Assembly: GCA_036009645.1 (NCBI GenBank)
Contig: DASYLH010000016.1
Span: forward strand, 2,165 to 66,164
Source: Conexibacter sp.
Lineage (GTDB): Bacteria; Actinomycetota; Thermoleophilia; Solirubrobacterales; Solirubrobacteraceae
Reading direction: 5' to 3'
Length of the DNA: 64,000 nt
The position numbers and the translations under genes are program-made. A model generated the notes under the pieces. The model saw only the letters and a program-made list of their open reading frames with translations, was not told the DNA's origin and did not search any database. Positions 54,504 to 63,415 of the stretch are shown one piece after another; position 1 is the stretch's first letter; the number at the start of each line of letters is the position of its first letter.

Positions 54504-54941
54504 ATGCAGGGCAAGACCGCCGCGGAGCCGACGACCGCCGACCTCGCGCACGAGCTGCGCGAGACGATCGGGCGCCTCGTGCGGCGGCTGCGACTCGAGC
54601 CCGGGCCGCCGGCACCGCAGCTGACGGTCCTCTCGCGGCTTGACCGAGAGGGGCCGGCGAGCGTCAGCGACCTCGCGGCGGCCGAGCGGATGCGCCCGCA
54701 GTCGATGGCGCAGACGGTCGGCGACCTCGAGCGCACCGGCCTCGTCTCGCGCCGCCCCGACCCGGCCGACAAGCGGCGACTGTTCGTCGAACTGACGGCG
54801 GCCGGCGCCGAGCTGCTGCACGCCACCCGCGCCCGCCGCGAGGGTTGGCTGACCGACGCGCTCGAGCGCGAGCTTGACCCCACCGACCGCACGCTGCTCG
54901 CGGAGGCGGTGGCGCTGCTGGGGCGCGTGGCGGACGGCTGA
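54504..54941 (+). CDS. MarR-family regulator
   Basis: QLTVLSRL..SDLAAAERMRPQSM..LVSRRPDPADKR..LTAAG. Confidence 0.92.
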   Translation: MQGKTAAEPTTADLAHELRETIGRLVRRLRLEPGPPAPQLTVLSRLDREGPASVSDLAAAERMRPQSMAQTVGDLERTGLVSRRPDPADKRRLFVELTAAGAELLHATRARREGWLTDALERELDPTDRTLLAEAVALLGRVADG

Positions 54942-54979
54942 GACTTCGGCAGCGCTCTGCGGCCCAGATCATTGGAGAT

Positions 54980-55308
54980 ATGAGTCCCGAGCCCGACTTC
55001 CTCGACGAGATGATCGCCGAGCGGACGGCTGTGAATCCGGAGTTTCCGCAGCTGCTGGAAGCCGCACGGCGTCGCCGCGGGTTGATGCGTGCGTTGGCCG
55101 AGCGTCGGACGGCGCAGCAGCGTTCGCGAACCGCCGTCGCCGCGGCGATGGACACGTCGCAGTCATTTGTTGCGCGGCTCGAGAACGCGGCGAGCGACCG
55201 AAGGTGTCGACGATCGATCGCTATGCGGGCAGCCTCGGCTACGTCGTGCAGTACCACCTCATCCCTGCAGAGCAGGGACGCACGGCGCCGGCCGTTGTCG
55301 TCCACTGA
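54980..55308 (+). pseudogene. XRE-type antitoxin-like HTH gene with a frameshift at ~55200
   Basis: Frame 1 ..AMDTSQSFVARLENAASD continues as KVSTIDRYAGSLGYVVQYHL only after a one-base shift (agc gac cg aag). Confidence 0.7.
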
Positions 55309-55314
55309 GCCGGC

Positions 55315-55854
55315 TCAGTGCGGCGGCAGCGGCTCGGGCGGCGGGGTGCCGTCGTCGAGCTGGGGCAGCAGCTGCAGCTGCCACCAGCCGACGTCGTGCC
55401 AGGCGCCGGCCTTCCAGCCGATGCGTCGGTAGTTCCCGACGAGCTCGAAGCCGAGCGTCTCGTGCAGGCCGACGCTCGCGTCGTTCGGCAGCGTGATGCC
55501 GGCACAGGCGACGTGGATCCGCTGTGCGCGCAGCAGGGCGAACAGCGCCTCGTAGAGCGCGCGTCCGATCCCGCGTCCGCGGTGGGCGGCATCGATGTAG
55601 ACGGACACCTCGCAGGCCCAGCGGTACGCGGCGCGCTCGCGATGCGGCGAGCCGTAGGCGAAGCCGACGACGTGTCCGTCGACCTCTGAGACGAGCCACG
55701 GATGCGTGGCCGCGAGCCGCGCGATCCGTGCGGCGAACGCGTCCGCATCCGGCGCGACCTCCTCGAACGAGACCACGCTCGCGCGCACGAACGGCGCGTA
55801 GATCGCGGCGCAGGAGGCGGCGTCGCGCGCGGGGTCGGCGGGCCGGATCGTCAT
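55315..55854 (-). CDS. GNAT N-acetyltransferase (phosphinothricin acetyltransferase/YncA-like)
   Basis: VSFEEVAP..RAAYRWACEVSVY..RGRGIGRALY..PNDASVGLHETLGF. Confidence 0.9.
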   Translation of the reverse strand: MTIRPADPARDAASCAAIYAPFVRASVVSFEEVAPDADAFAARIARLAATHPWLVSEVDGHVVGFAYGSPHRERAAYRWACEVSVYIDAAHRGRGIGRALYEALFALLRAQRIHVACAGITLPNDASVGLHETLGFELVGNYRRIGWKAGAWHDVGWWQLQLLPQLDDGTPPPEPLPPH

Positions 55855-56558
55855 GCGTCCGTGCCCGCGTCGAGCAGCCGGATCCCCAGCGCGGCGGCGA
55901 GCGTGGGCGCCAGCTCGAGCAGGTCGCCCCACTCGATCCCGACGCCGCGCAGGCGGTCCACGCCGTGCAGTCCGCCCAGTTCGCAGCCGCGCAGCTCCGA
56001 GCGTCTGAAGCGCGCGTCGGTCAGGTCGCACTCGCTCAGGTCGCAGGAGAGGAAGCGGACCGACTCGCAGCTGACGTCCTGCAGGTCGCTCTGCGCCATG
56101 CGGCAGCCCTCGAACGTCACGCGCTCGAGCGTCGCGCTCGTGAAGGCGGCGAGGTCGACACGGCAGTCCTTCACGAGCACGTCGGTCAGCCGGCCCTCCG
56201 CCCACGAGCTGCCGGTCAGGCGGCAGCCGCGCAGCTCGCAGCGCACGAGCGAGGCGCCACGCGCCTGCACGTTCGCGAGGTTGCAGCCGTGCAGCACGGC
56301 GTCGACTATGCGCAGCCCGGGCAGTCTGGCGGCGGCAAGATCGACGCGCTCCAGCCGCGAGCCGACGATCGACAGACCGGTCCGCTCCAGCTCGCCGAGC
56401 TGCGCGCCGTCGAGCGCAGCGTCCGACCACGAGGGCTCGTCCGGGAGCGCAGTCGCGTCCGCATCGAACGGCGTCAGCTGCGGCGGCACGTCCGGAGCGT
56501 AAGGGGGATCGGCGGCGAGCCGGTCGCGCCGAGGCCTGGCGGGGGTGGGGGAGGTCAT
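55851..56558 (-). CDS. Pentapeptide-repeat protein
   Basis: Tandem A[D/N]Lxx-type repeats: VDLAAARL, CNLANVQA, SDLQDVSC, CDLTDARF. Confidence 0.88.
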   Translation of the reverse strand: MTSPTPARPRRDRLAADPPYAPDVPPQLTPFDADATALPDEPSWSDAALDGAQLGELERTGLSIVGSRLERVDLAAARLPGLRIVDAVLHGCNLANVQARGASLVRCELRGCRLTGSSWAEGRLTDVLVKDCRVDLAAFTSATLERVTFEGCRMAQSDLQDVSCESVRFLSCDLSECDLTDARFRRSELRGCELGGLHGVDRLRGVGIEWGDLLELAPTLAAALGIRLLDAGTDA

Positions 56559-56578
56559 CGCCCCGATGTTCGCATGGG

Positions 56579-57655
56579 TCAACCGCGTGACGGCAGCCGT
56601 ATGTGCAGCGACGGTGCCTCGTCGCGCTGCGCGTTGTAGCTGGCGGTCCAGGTCTGCAGCCGGCACCGCAGGTCGTCCAGCGATGGTGCGGCCGGCGGGA
56701 TGAAGGCGGTGCGCCAATGCCGGACGACGAGCAGCTCGTGGATGTCGGCGGCGGTTGCAGTCCGCGCGTCCACCGGTTCGGCGACGATGAGACGGACGCC
56801 TGCAGGCAGCGCGACGCCGTCGAGCACCGGGAGGGCGCGAACGGGTGCTGCGACCGCGTCGAGATGCTCGCCCGCCTCGCCCAGCTCACCGGCGACTCGG
56901 CGCAGGAAGGCGGACAGCTCCGGCGCGGCTGGCGGTCCGCTCCGCCGGCGCACGAGCTCGGTCCAGACGAACCGCGAGCGTAGGTCGACTGCCGTCAGCT
57001 GCCACAGTTGAGCGCCACGGTGCTGATGGGGCAGCAGCCGGAACGCGACGTCGATGGTGCAAGCGGGCGAGGACGCGAACGACCGCCCGGCGCTCGTGCG
57101 GAGTGGTGCCCGCGCGGTTGCATGCTGCGGCGGCGCCGGGGGATGCGGCCGCAGCGTGAGCACCGGCCCGAAGCGTCCGTCGAATGCCCAGAACACGAGC
57201 GCGCCGCGCCGGTCCGAGTAGTGGAAGCCGAACAACCGCGCCGAGCGGTAGATGGTGAGACCTACCTGCAGCCGTCGCCTCTGGTGCACACGCACCCATG
57301 CTCCGTCCACCCGTGTGAAGCGGCGGGTAAAGGAGCCGAGCGCCGCCGCGAGCGTGAGCGTGAGCACGAGCGCGAGCCATTCGAGGTAGCCGCTGCCTTT
57401 GGCGGAGTCGCGGTGAAGCACGCGCGCCGCGGCGCTCGGCGATGCAGCGTTGCGCGCGGCCGTGTCAGGTCCGCAGCACAGCGGTCGCTCGCCGAGCGGG
57501 TACTTGCGCACGAGCTGGGAGTCTGGGACTGCAGCGGTGGACCCGGCCGGCGCGCGCAAGGGCGACGGTGCCAGCACGACGACGCCGAGCACGACGAGCG
57601 CCGTCAGCGCGGCGACCGACAGGACGAGGGACAGGGTGAACGGGCGACGGCGCAT
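56579..57655 (-). CDS. Membrane-anchored protein with degenerate IS481-like integrase-core C-terminus
   Basis: Two hydrophobic segments, then IDVAF..LWQLTAVDLRSRFVWTEL..AFLRRV..SLDDLRCRLQTWTASYNAQR; one-base overlap with the upstream LDT stop. Confidence 0.55.
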   Translation of the reverse strand: MRRRPFTLSLVLSVAALTALVVLGVVVLAPSPLRAPAGSTAAVPDSQLVRKYPLGERPLCCGPDTAARNAASPSAAARVLHRDSAKGSGYLEWLALVLTLTLAAALGSFTRRFTRVDGAWVRVHQRRRLQVGLTIYRSARLFGFHYSDRRGALVFWAFDGRFGPVLTLRPHPPAPPQHATARAPLRTSAGRSFASSPACTIDVAFRLLPHQHRGAQLWQLTAVDLRSRFVWTELVRRRSGPPAAPELSAFLRRVAGELGEAGEHLDAVAAPVRALPVLDGVALPAGVRLIVAEPVDARTATAADIHELLVVRHWRTAFIPPAAPSLDDLRCRLQTWTASYNAQRDEAPSLHIRLPSRG

Positions 57656-58431
57656 CAGCGCACCGTCACCGGCGTGCCGACCGTCATCAGCCGACCCAGA
57701 CGCACGACGTCGGCGTTGCGCAGGCGGATGCAGCCGTGCGAGACGCGGCCCGGAATGAGCTCGGGGCGATCCGTCCCATGCACGCCGACGAACCCGCCCG
57801 CCGGCCAGTCGGTCACTCCGGGCGCGCGAGCGCTGGTCCCGAACGCGAGCGGCCCGTACATCGGGCTGCGGTAGTGCCGCAACGCGACGCGGACGTAGAA
57901 GCGGCCCGCTGGCGTCGGCGAGCCCGGTCGCCCGACGGCGACCGGCGCACGGAAGACGCGGCGCCCGCGGCGCAGCAGCGTCGCCGTGAGTCGCCGACGA
58001 TCGACGACGAGCCGCGTCGTCACGACCGTGTAGCCGCCGAGGGTACGGCGCGGCAGCCAGCCCACGCGGCCGCCCGGCAGCCGTGCGCGCAGCCACACGC
58101 CCGCGGGCGTCACGTGCGAGTGGCCGAGCACCAGCACGACGTCGACGGTGCCCTCGGGCGTGCGACGAGCGACCTTCGCGACCGCCGGGGCTCCCGCGCG
58201 CGGCGCGCTCCGGGCAACCGTTGCGACGTTGACCGGCGCCCAGCGCACGAGGTGCGGATCGGTCCGCAGCGGTCGCGGCGGCGGGATCGCGATCGTTTGT
58301 GTCTCCGCGAACGGCCCGGCAGGTGCGCCGGGCGCGGCGTGCGAGCCGGCGAGCGAGCCCGCGACCACCGCGACGCTTACGAGCGCTCCGGCGACGAGCG
58401 CGAGCAGTCGGGTGAGGCGTCCGGGAGGCAC
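57655..58431 (-). CDS. L,D-transpeptidase (YkuD domain)
   Basis: TPAGRFYV..VGVHGTD..VSHGCIRL. Confidence 0.9.
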   Translation of the reverse strand: MPPGRLTRLLALVAGALVSVAVVAGSLAGSHAAPGAPAGPFAETQTIAIPPPRPLRTDPHLVRWAPVNVATVARSAPRAGAPAVAKVARRTPEGTVDVVLVLGHSHVTPAGVWLRARLPGGRVGWLPRRTLGGYTVVTTRLVVDRRRLTATLLRRGRRVFRAPVAVGRPGSPTPAGRFYVRVALRHYRSPMYGPLAFGTSARAPGVTDWPAGGFVGVHGTDRPELIPGRVSHGCIRLRNADVVRLGRLMTVGTPVTVR

Positions 58432-58437
58432 CGTGCA

Positions 58438-59121
58438 TCAGCCGGTGAGGCGTGGTGCGCCGGCGCCGGTCGTCCGGGGTCGCGAGACGACGAAGCGCGT
58501 CGAGGCGACGAGCCGGGCCACCTCGGCTCTGGGCAGCGGGTCGTCGAACGCGTGCGCCGCCGGGAGGACACCGGCGAGGCGGCGGATCCAGGCGGCGTGA
58601 CGCGCCTCGACCGAGTGGATCGCGACCGCGGCGGCCAGGAAGGCGGGCTGCTGCAGCAGCGGGATCTGATCCTTGTAGGCGGCCACCGCGAGATCCTCGA
58701 ACGCGACCGCCGTCTTGCGAAAGGCGTCCGCGTCCTCGGTCGTGCCGCGGAAGTCGAAGCGCGGTGCGGCGACTGCCTGCGTCCCGAGCACTCTGCGGAA
58801 CGCCGCGACGTGGGCCCGTTCGTGGGCACCCACGACGCGCGCCTGCTCGGCAAGCGGCCCGCGCAACGCGCCAGCGCGCTCGGCCTCGCTGTAGAAGGCG
58901 GCCTGGATGTACTCGAGCGTCAACGCGTAGTTGAGGACGGCGACGTCCCCGCGATCGCTCGACGATGCCGCCTGCGCATCGGCGGCAAGCCCGTGCACCC
59001 CCGCCGCGGCGCTGACGCCTGCGGCGGCCGCGTGCAGCGCGTGCCTGCGTGTGAAGACTCCGAACGCCTCGGCGATGGCGCCGTCGCGATCGTATGGGGC
59101 CAGCCACCCGGGCAAGCTCAT
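58438..59121 (-). CDS. Ferritin-like domain protein with Tat-like leader
   Basis: TRRHAL leader; LNYALTLEYIQAAFY..HERAHV..FEDLAVAAY..SVEARHAAWI. Confidence 0.88.
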   Translation of the reverse strand: MSLPGWLAPYDRDGAIAEAFGVFTRRHALHAAAAGVSAAAGVHGLAADAQAASSSDRGDVAVLNYALTLEYIQAAFYSEAERAGALRGPLAEQARVVGAHERAHVAAFRRVLGTQAVAAPRFDFRGTTEDADAFRKTAVAFEDLAVAAYKDQIPLLQQPAFLAAAVAIHSVEARHAAWIRRLAGVLPAAHAFDDPLPRAEVARLVASTRFVVSRPRTTGAGAPRLTG

Positions 59122-59843
59122 GGCGGCTCCTGCACCGAGATGCCGGCCGCCCGCAGTCCGGCGCGCACAGCGTCCTCGGACAAGGGCTCATCCGCCGCGA
59201 GCGGCGCCGGGACCTTGCCCGCGAGGTCGCGCGCCCAGGCCGCGTGGCGCGCCTCGACCGAGGAGACCCGCAGCGCTGGCCGCATGCCGGCCGGCGTGAG
59301 GTGCGGCACCTGGTCGTTGTAGCTGGCCAGCGCAAGGTCCTCGAGCGCGACCGCGGTGGCCCCGACGCGTGCGGCGTCGGCAGTTGCCGACTCCAGCTGC
59401 ACCCGCGGCGGCGGATCGGCCGCGTCGCCCAGCGCCTCGACGAGCTGCTCGACGTGGGCCCGCTCGTGCTCGGCCACGACGTCCACGAACTGGCGCAGCT
59501 CGCCGTCCAGTGCGCCGGCTTGGCGGGCCTGCGCGTAAAAGGCCGCCTGCACCCGCTCCAGCAGCAGCAGGAAGTTGAGGATCGCCTCGTCTGCCTGCGT
59601 CGAGGGCGTGGAGGCGGCGGGCCGAGGGGGCAAGCCCAGCACGGCCACCATGACGGCGGACGTCGCGCCGGCACCCAGCGCGACGCGGCGCAGGAACGAC
59701 GCACGGGTCAGCGCCCCCGCGCTCGCCGGGGTTGAGCAGTCGAACCGGTCCAGCACGTGCACCGCCAGCGCTCGCGGCGCTCCTGGCTCGGCATCGCGCT
59801 GCAGCGACAAGCGCTGCACGTCCCTGCCGACGGCATCGTTCAC
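59118..59843 (-). CDS. Ferritin-like domain protein with Tat-like leader (start uncertain)
   Basis: TRASFLRR leader; LNFLLLLERVQAAFY..HERAHV..LEDLALASY..SVEARHAAW. Confidence 0.85.
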   Translation of the reverse strand: MNDAVGRDVQRLSLQRDAEPGAPRALAVHVLDRFDCSTPASAGALTRASFLRRVALGAGATSAVMVAVLGLPPRPAASTPSTQADEAILNFLLLLERVQAAFYAQARQAGALDGELRQFVDVVAEHERAHVEQLVEALGDAADPPPRVQLESATADAARVGATAVALEDLALASYNDQVPHLTPAGMRPALRVSSVEARHAAWARDLAGKVPAPLAADEPLSEDAVRAGLRAAGISVQEPP

Positions 59844-59957
59844 CTTGCCGTGCGGTCTACCCTCGGCGCTCCATCACTAGACCAACCAACGGTGTCTCGG
59901 CGCGCATCCGCTTGGCCCCGTCGCGGCCGCCACCGTCGAGGGCGGCTCAGCCATCGA

Positions 59958-60944
59958 TCAGGACGGTGATCGGGTTGTCTCGTCGCGGCTTGTGCGCCGG
60001 CGCCGCAACTCCGGCAGCGCCAGCCCGAACACGTAGGCGATGGCGACGCCGAGCAGCGTCTCCCCGAGCCGCTCGTCGAAGCGCCTGCCGGCGTCCTCCG
60101 GCGTTGCGTAGAGCAGCAGCAGGAAGACGAGGAAGGTAGTGAACGCGGAGGTCACATACCAGCGGCTGCGGTTCGTCGCCGCCGCGCCGCCGACTGCGAG
60201 GATCGCCGCGGCGCTGTAGACCGCGACCGGAGGGTGGATCCGCACGAGCGCCACGGCCGCGAGCGCGCCGGCCGCGACGGCGGCGATCCGGCCGACGCTG
60301 CGCAGGCGCTGCATGTCCTCCGAGGGGCGCATCACGAGCAGGGCAGCGGCGCAGGCCCAGCCGACGTGCTCCAGGCCGGCGATGAAGCCGATCGCGGCGG
60401 CGGTCGCGCCTGCGGCACCGAGCCGGACGCCGTATTCCAGCGTCGGCGGGGCGGCCTGCGGCCGCGCTCCGCCCTGCGGGTGCTCCGGCCACAGCATCGA
60501 GACGAGGCAGGCGTAGATCGATCCGGCGATCATCAGCCCCGCGAGACCGGCGGACTGGCCGACGTCGGTGTAGCTCAAGCCGACGCCGATCATCGGCAGC
60601 GAGAGCGTCATCGCGATGAAGCCGAAGCGCGAGCGCGCGGCGAGCCAGGCGGTCGCGACGCCGAGTCCTCCGATCGCCGCGACTGCGAGCCACGGCACGT
60701 TGGCGAGCAGCGAGCCGAGGAACAGCGGCACGCCGATCAGCGTCCCGAGTACGACGAGGGCGCGCCGCGCTCTGCGCGTGGGGGCGAGCCCGACGATCGC
60801 CGCGGGCAGAACGCCCGTCGCCAGCGCGAGCCCGGTCGGCGGGTCGCTCAGCATCGCGACCGCGGCCGGCAGCGCGTAGACGGCCCCGAGCGCCGCCTGC
60901 GACCGGTCCCAGACGATGCCGGGCGTGTGCGAGCGGACGCTCAC
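59958..60944 (-). CDS. FUSC-family membrane protein
   Basis: Hydrophobic; HVGWACAAALLVMRP..RFDERLGETLLG; GTG start overlaps the ATPase stop. Confidence 0.8.
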   Translation of the reverse strand: MSVRSHTPGIVWDRSQAALGAVYALPAAVAMLSDPPTGLALATGVLPAAIVGLAPTRRARRALVVLGTLIGVPLFLGSLLANVPWLAVAAIGGLGVATAWLAARSRFGFIAMTLSLPMIGVGLSYTDVGQSAGLAGLMIAGSIYACLVSMLWPEHPQGGARPQAAPPTLEYGVRLGAAGATAAAIGFIAGLEHVGWACAAALLVMRPSEDMQRLRSVGRIAAVAAGALAAVALVRIHPPVAVYSAAAILAVGGAAATNRSRWYVTSAFTTFLVFLLLLYATPEDAGRRFDERLGETLLGVAIAYVFGLALPELRRRRTSRDETTRSPS

Positions 60945-62182
60945 GCCCACAGACCGGCGTAGGGGACGGCCCACAGCCGGTCGCCGAGGGGGACAGTCTG
61001 CTCGCCGGAATAGATCACGACGCCGCTCCTGAATCGTGTGCCGCGTGCGTCGCGGAGTGCCGCGAGCGACTTCCAGTCCTTGGCGGAGATCGAGGCCTTC
61101 GCCTTCACCTCGACGGCGGCGACGTTGCCGGCACGGTCTTCGAGGACCAGGTCGATGTCTTCGCGTTGGCGTTGGTAGTGGTACACGCGGACGTCGTGAT
61201 GAGCCCAGGAGGCGTGCTTGAGCAGTTCGACGGCGACGAGCGTCTCACAGGCTTTGCCGGTGACCTGATCGTCGTGCTCGATTCGCTCGGCGTTCGCGCC
61301 GAGCAGGAAGGCGAGCAACCCCGGGTCGCAGACATAGGTCTTGGGGCGGGCGGCCTCCCGCGCTCCAAGGCCGGGCCGCCATGCCGGAAGTCGCTGGACA
61401 AGGAACATCTGCTCCAGGAGCGTCACGTAGCTCTGGACGGTGTCGTGGTGCATCTGGAGGCGCTCGCCGGCGGCGCGGTAGGAGAGGAGATTGGCCGACT
61501 GGGTCGCGAGCAGGCGAAGGAGGCGTCCCATGTCGTCGATCCGGCGTGCGTCTGCGATCTCGCGCAGGTCGCGATCCAGAGCGGTGTCGACGTAGTTCTC
61601 GAACCAGCGGGCGCGGCGCCGGCCGGGGGGGCGCAGGCGCGCATCGGGATACCCACCCTCCGCGATGACCGAACTGAACGCACGGTGACCGACGGGTGCC
61701 CCGCTCACCTGTGGTGCACGACCCGCCAGCAGCTCGTCAACCACGTTCAGCGATCCACCGGCGATCTCGGTCTGTGCCAGCGGCCACATGCGGATGCGAT
61801 CGATCCGCCCGGTGAGCGCGTCGATCGCGCGCTTGGACGAGAGCACGTCCGCCGAGCCCGTGAGCAGGAACCGGCCGGGCGTGGTGTCGCGGTCGACGGT
61901 CTTCTTGATCTCGAGCAGCAGTTCGGGCACGTGCTGGATCTCGTCGAGCAGGACAGGTCCGTCGAGGCCGGCGACGAAGCCGGCCGGATCGCGTTCGGCC
62001 GCTTCGCGCGTCGGTCCGTCGTCCAGCGTCAGCGACCGCATCCGGTGATCGGTCGCGGCGATCTCGGTGGCCAGCGTGGACTTCCCCACCTGTCGCGCGC
62101 CGGAGACGAGCACGATGCGCGAGTCCTGCAGGGCATCGATGACGAGCGGCCGGATCCGTCGCTTGAAGAGAGACGCGGTCAT
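60941..62182 (-). CDS. AAA_14 ATPase with DUF4143 (PD-(D/E)XK-like) C-terminus
   Basis: SGARQVGKST, LLDEIQ, LLTGSA, LTGR, GGYP, PKTYVCDPG, REDIDLVLE..AVEVKA. Confidence 0.92.
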   Translation of the reverse strand: MTASLFKRRIRPLVIDALQDSRIVLVSGARQVGKSTLATEIAATDHRMRSLTLDDGPTREAAERDPAGFVAGLDGPVLLDEIQHVPELLLEIKKTVDRDTTPGRFLLTGSADVLSSKRAIDALTGRIDRIRMWPLAQTEIAGGSLNVVDELLAGRAPQVSGAPVGHRAFSSVIAEGGYPDARLRPPGRRRARWFENYVDTALDRDLREIADARRIDDMGRLLRLLATQSANLLSYRAAGERLQMHHDTVQSYVTLLEQMFLVQRLPAWRPGLGAREAARPKTYVCDPGLLAFLLGANAERIEHDDQVTGKACETLVAVELLKHASWAHHDVRVYHYQRQREDIDLVLEDRAGNVAAVEVKAKASISAKDWKSLAALRDARGTRFRSGVVIYSGEQTVPLGDRLWAVPYAGLWA

Positions 62183-62198
62183 CGCGCGAAGTCCGGAG

Positions 62199-62276
62199 AA
62201 ACTGGCTGATCTGATGTGCGAAAATGGCTGATGGAGAAAGGGTAAATGGCTAACAGAAAATGCGCAAGTGGCTAAT
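62199..62276. repeat. Four direct repeats (A/T/C)AA(A/C/G)TGGCT(G/A)A(T/C) with exact 22-bp period
   Basis: TGGCT cores at 62203, 62225, 62247 and 62269 in an AT-rich patch upstream of the AAA_14 gene. Confidence 0.85.
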
Positions 62277-62336
62277 GCAGCTCGGTCGGCCAGGAGCTCG
62301 GCGCATCGCACGCCACCGCTGTGAGAACGTGCCGGC

Positions 62337-63308
62337 GTGACCGTGCGGACTGCGAGGATCGCGCTGATCGCCGTGTCGATGTTCGTGTCGGTGCTGTCGG
62401 CGGCCGGCTGCGGCGGCGACTCGAGCGCGGCGGTCACGACCGCGACGGGCGCCGCTACGACGGCCGCGAGACCCCCGTCACTCCGCCCCGTCACCGGCCC
62501 AACGCTCGTCGCCGCCGGCGATGTCGCCTGCGCGCCCGGCGAACCACGCACGCGCGACGCATGCCATCAGCTCGACACGGCTGCGCTGATCGGGCGGCTC
62601 GACCCGGACGCCGTCGCCGCGCTCGGCGACCTGCAGTACGAGGCCGGCTCGCTCGCCGACTTCCGCGGCTCGTTCGGCAGGACGTGGGGCACCTTCATCG
62701 ACCGCATGCACCCGGCGATCGGTAACCACGAGTACGGGACGCCTGGCGCGGCCGGGTACTTCGCGTACTTTGGCGCGCGCGCCGGTGCCCCCGACGAGGG
62801 CTGGTACGCGTATGACCTCGGCAGCTGGCGCGTCGTGGTCCTCAACGCCAACTGCGACATCGTCGGCTGTGGCCCCGGCTCGCCGCAGCAGCGCTGGCTG
62901 CGCGCCGACCTCGCCGCCCACCCGCGTCGCTGCACGCTCGCCTACTGGCACCAGCCGCGCTTCTCGTCAGGCCTGCATGGCTCCGACGACACGCTCGTCC
63001 CACTGTGGCGCACGCTCCAGCGCGGCGGCGCGGACGTGGCGCTGTCCGGCCACGATCACGACTACGAGCGCTTCGCTCCGCAGACGGCCGACGGGCGGCT
63101 CGACCGCGCGCACGGGATCGTCCAGTTCGTCGTCGGGACCGGCGGCAAGAGCCACTACCCGGTCCTGTTCGAGCGCGCGAACAGCCGCGCGCACGCGTCC
63201 GTCTTCGGGGTGCTGCGACTCACGCTCGGCCGCGGCGCCTACGCGTGGCGCTTCGTTGCCGAACCGGGCGTCGGCTTCCGCGACGCCGGCACCGCCCGCT
63301 GCCACTGA
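62337..63308 (+). CDS. Metallophosphoesterase (purple-acid/alkaline-phosphatase-like), lipoprotein
   Basis: AAGC lipobox; AAGDVA, ALGDLQY, AIGNHEY, YWHQP, LSGHDHDYER. Confidence 0.9.
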   Translation: MTVRTARIALIAVSMFVSVLSAAGCGGDSSAAVTTATGAATTAARPPSLRPVTGPTLVAAGDVACAPGEPRTRDACHQLDTAALIGRLDPDAVAALGDLQYEAGSLADFRGSFGRTWGTFIDRMHPAIGNHEYGTPGAAGYFAYFGARAGAPDEGWYAYDLGSWRVVVLNANCDIVGCGPGSPQQRWLRADLAAHPRRCTLAYWHQPRFSSGLHGSDDTLVPLWRTLQRGGADVALSGHDHDYERFAPQTADGRLDRAHGIVQFVVGTGGKSHYPVLFERANSRAHASVFGVLRLTLGRGAYAWRFVAEPGVGFRDAGTARCH

Positions 63309-63415
63309 GCGAGCGCGTACGCCACGCACCGTAGGGCGTTCGCCGTAGGCTCCCGCGTGGCGTACCGTCACGCCGCAACCCGCACGGCAATCGGCAGCAG
63401 AGAGGCAGGACGAGG

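Noticed and set aside
57656-59704. N-terminal 683 aa of the 1041-aa minus-strand ORF 56579..59704
   Set aside because: Out-of-frame overlap with the ferritin-like and LDT genes; the real gene starts at ATG 57655.
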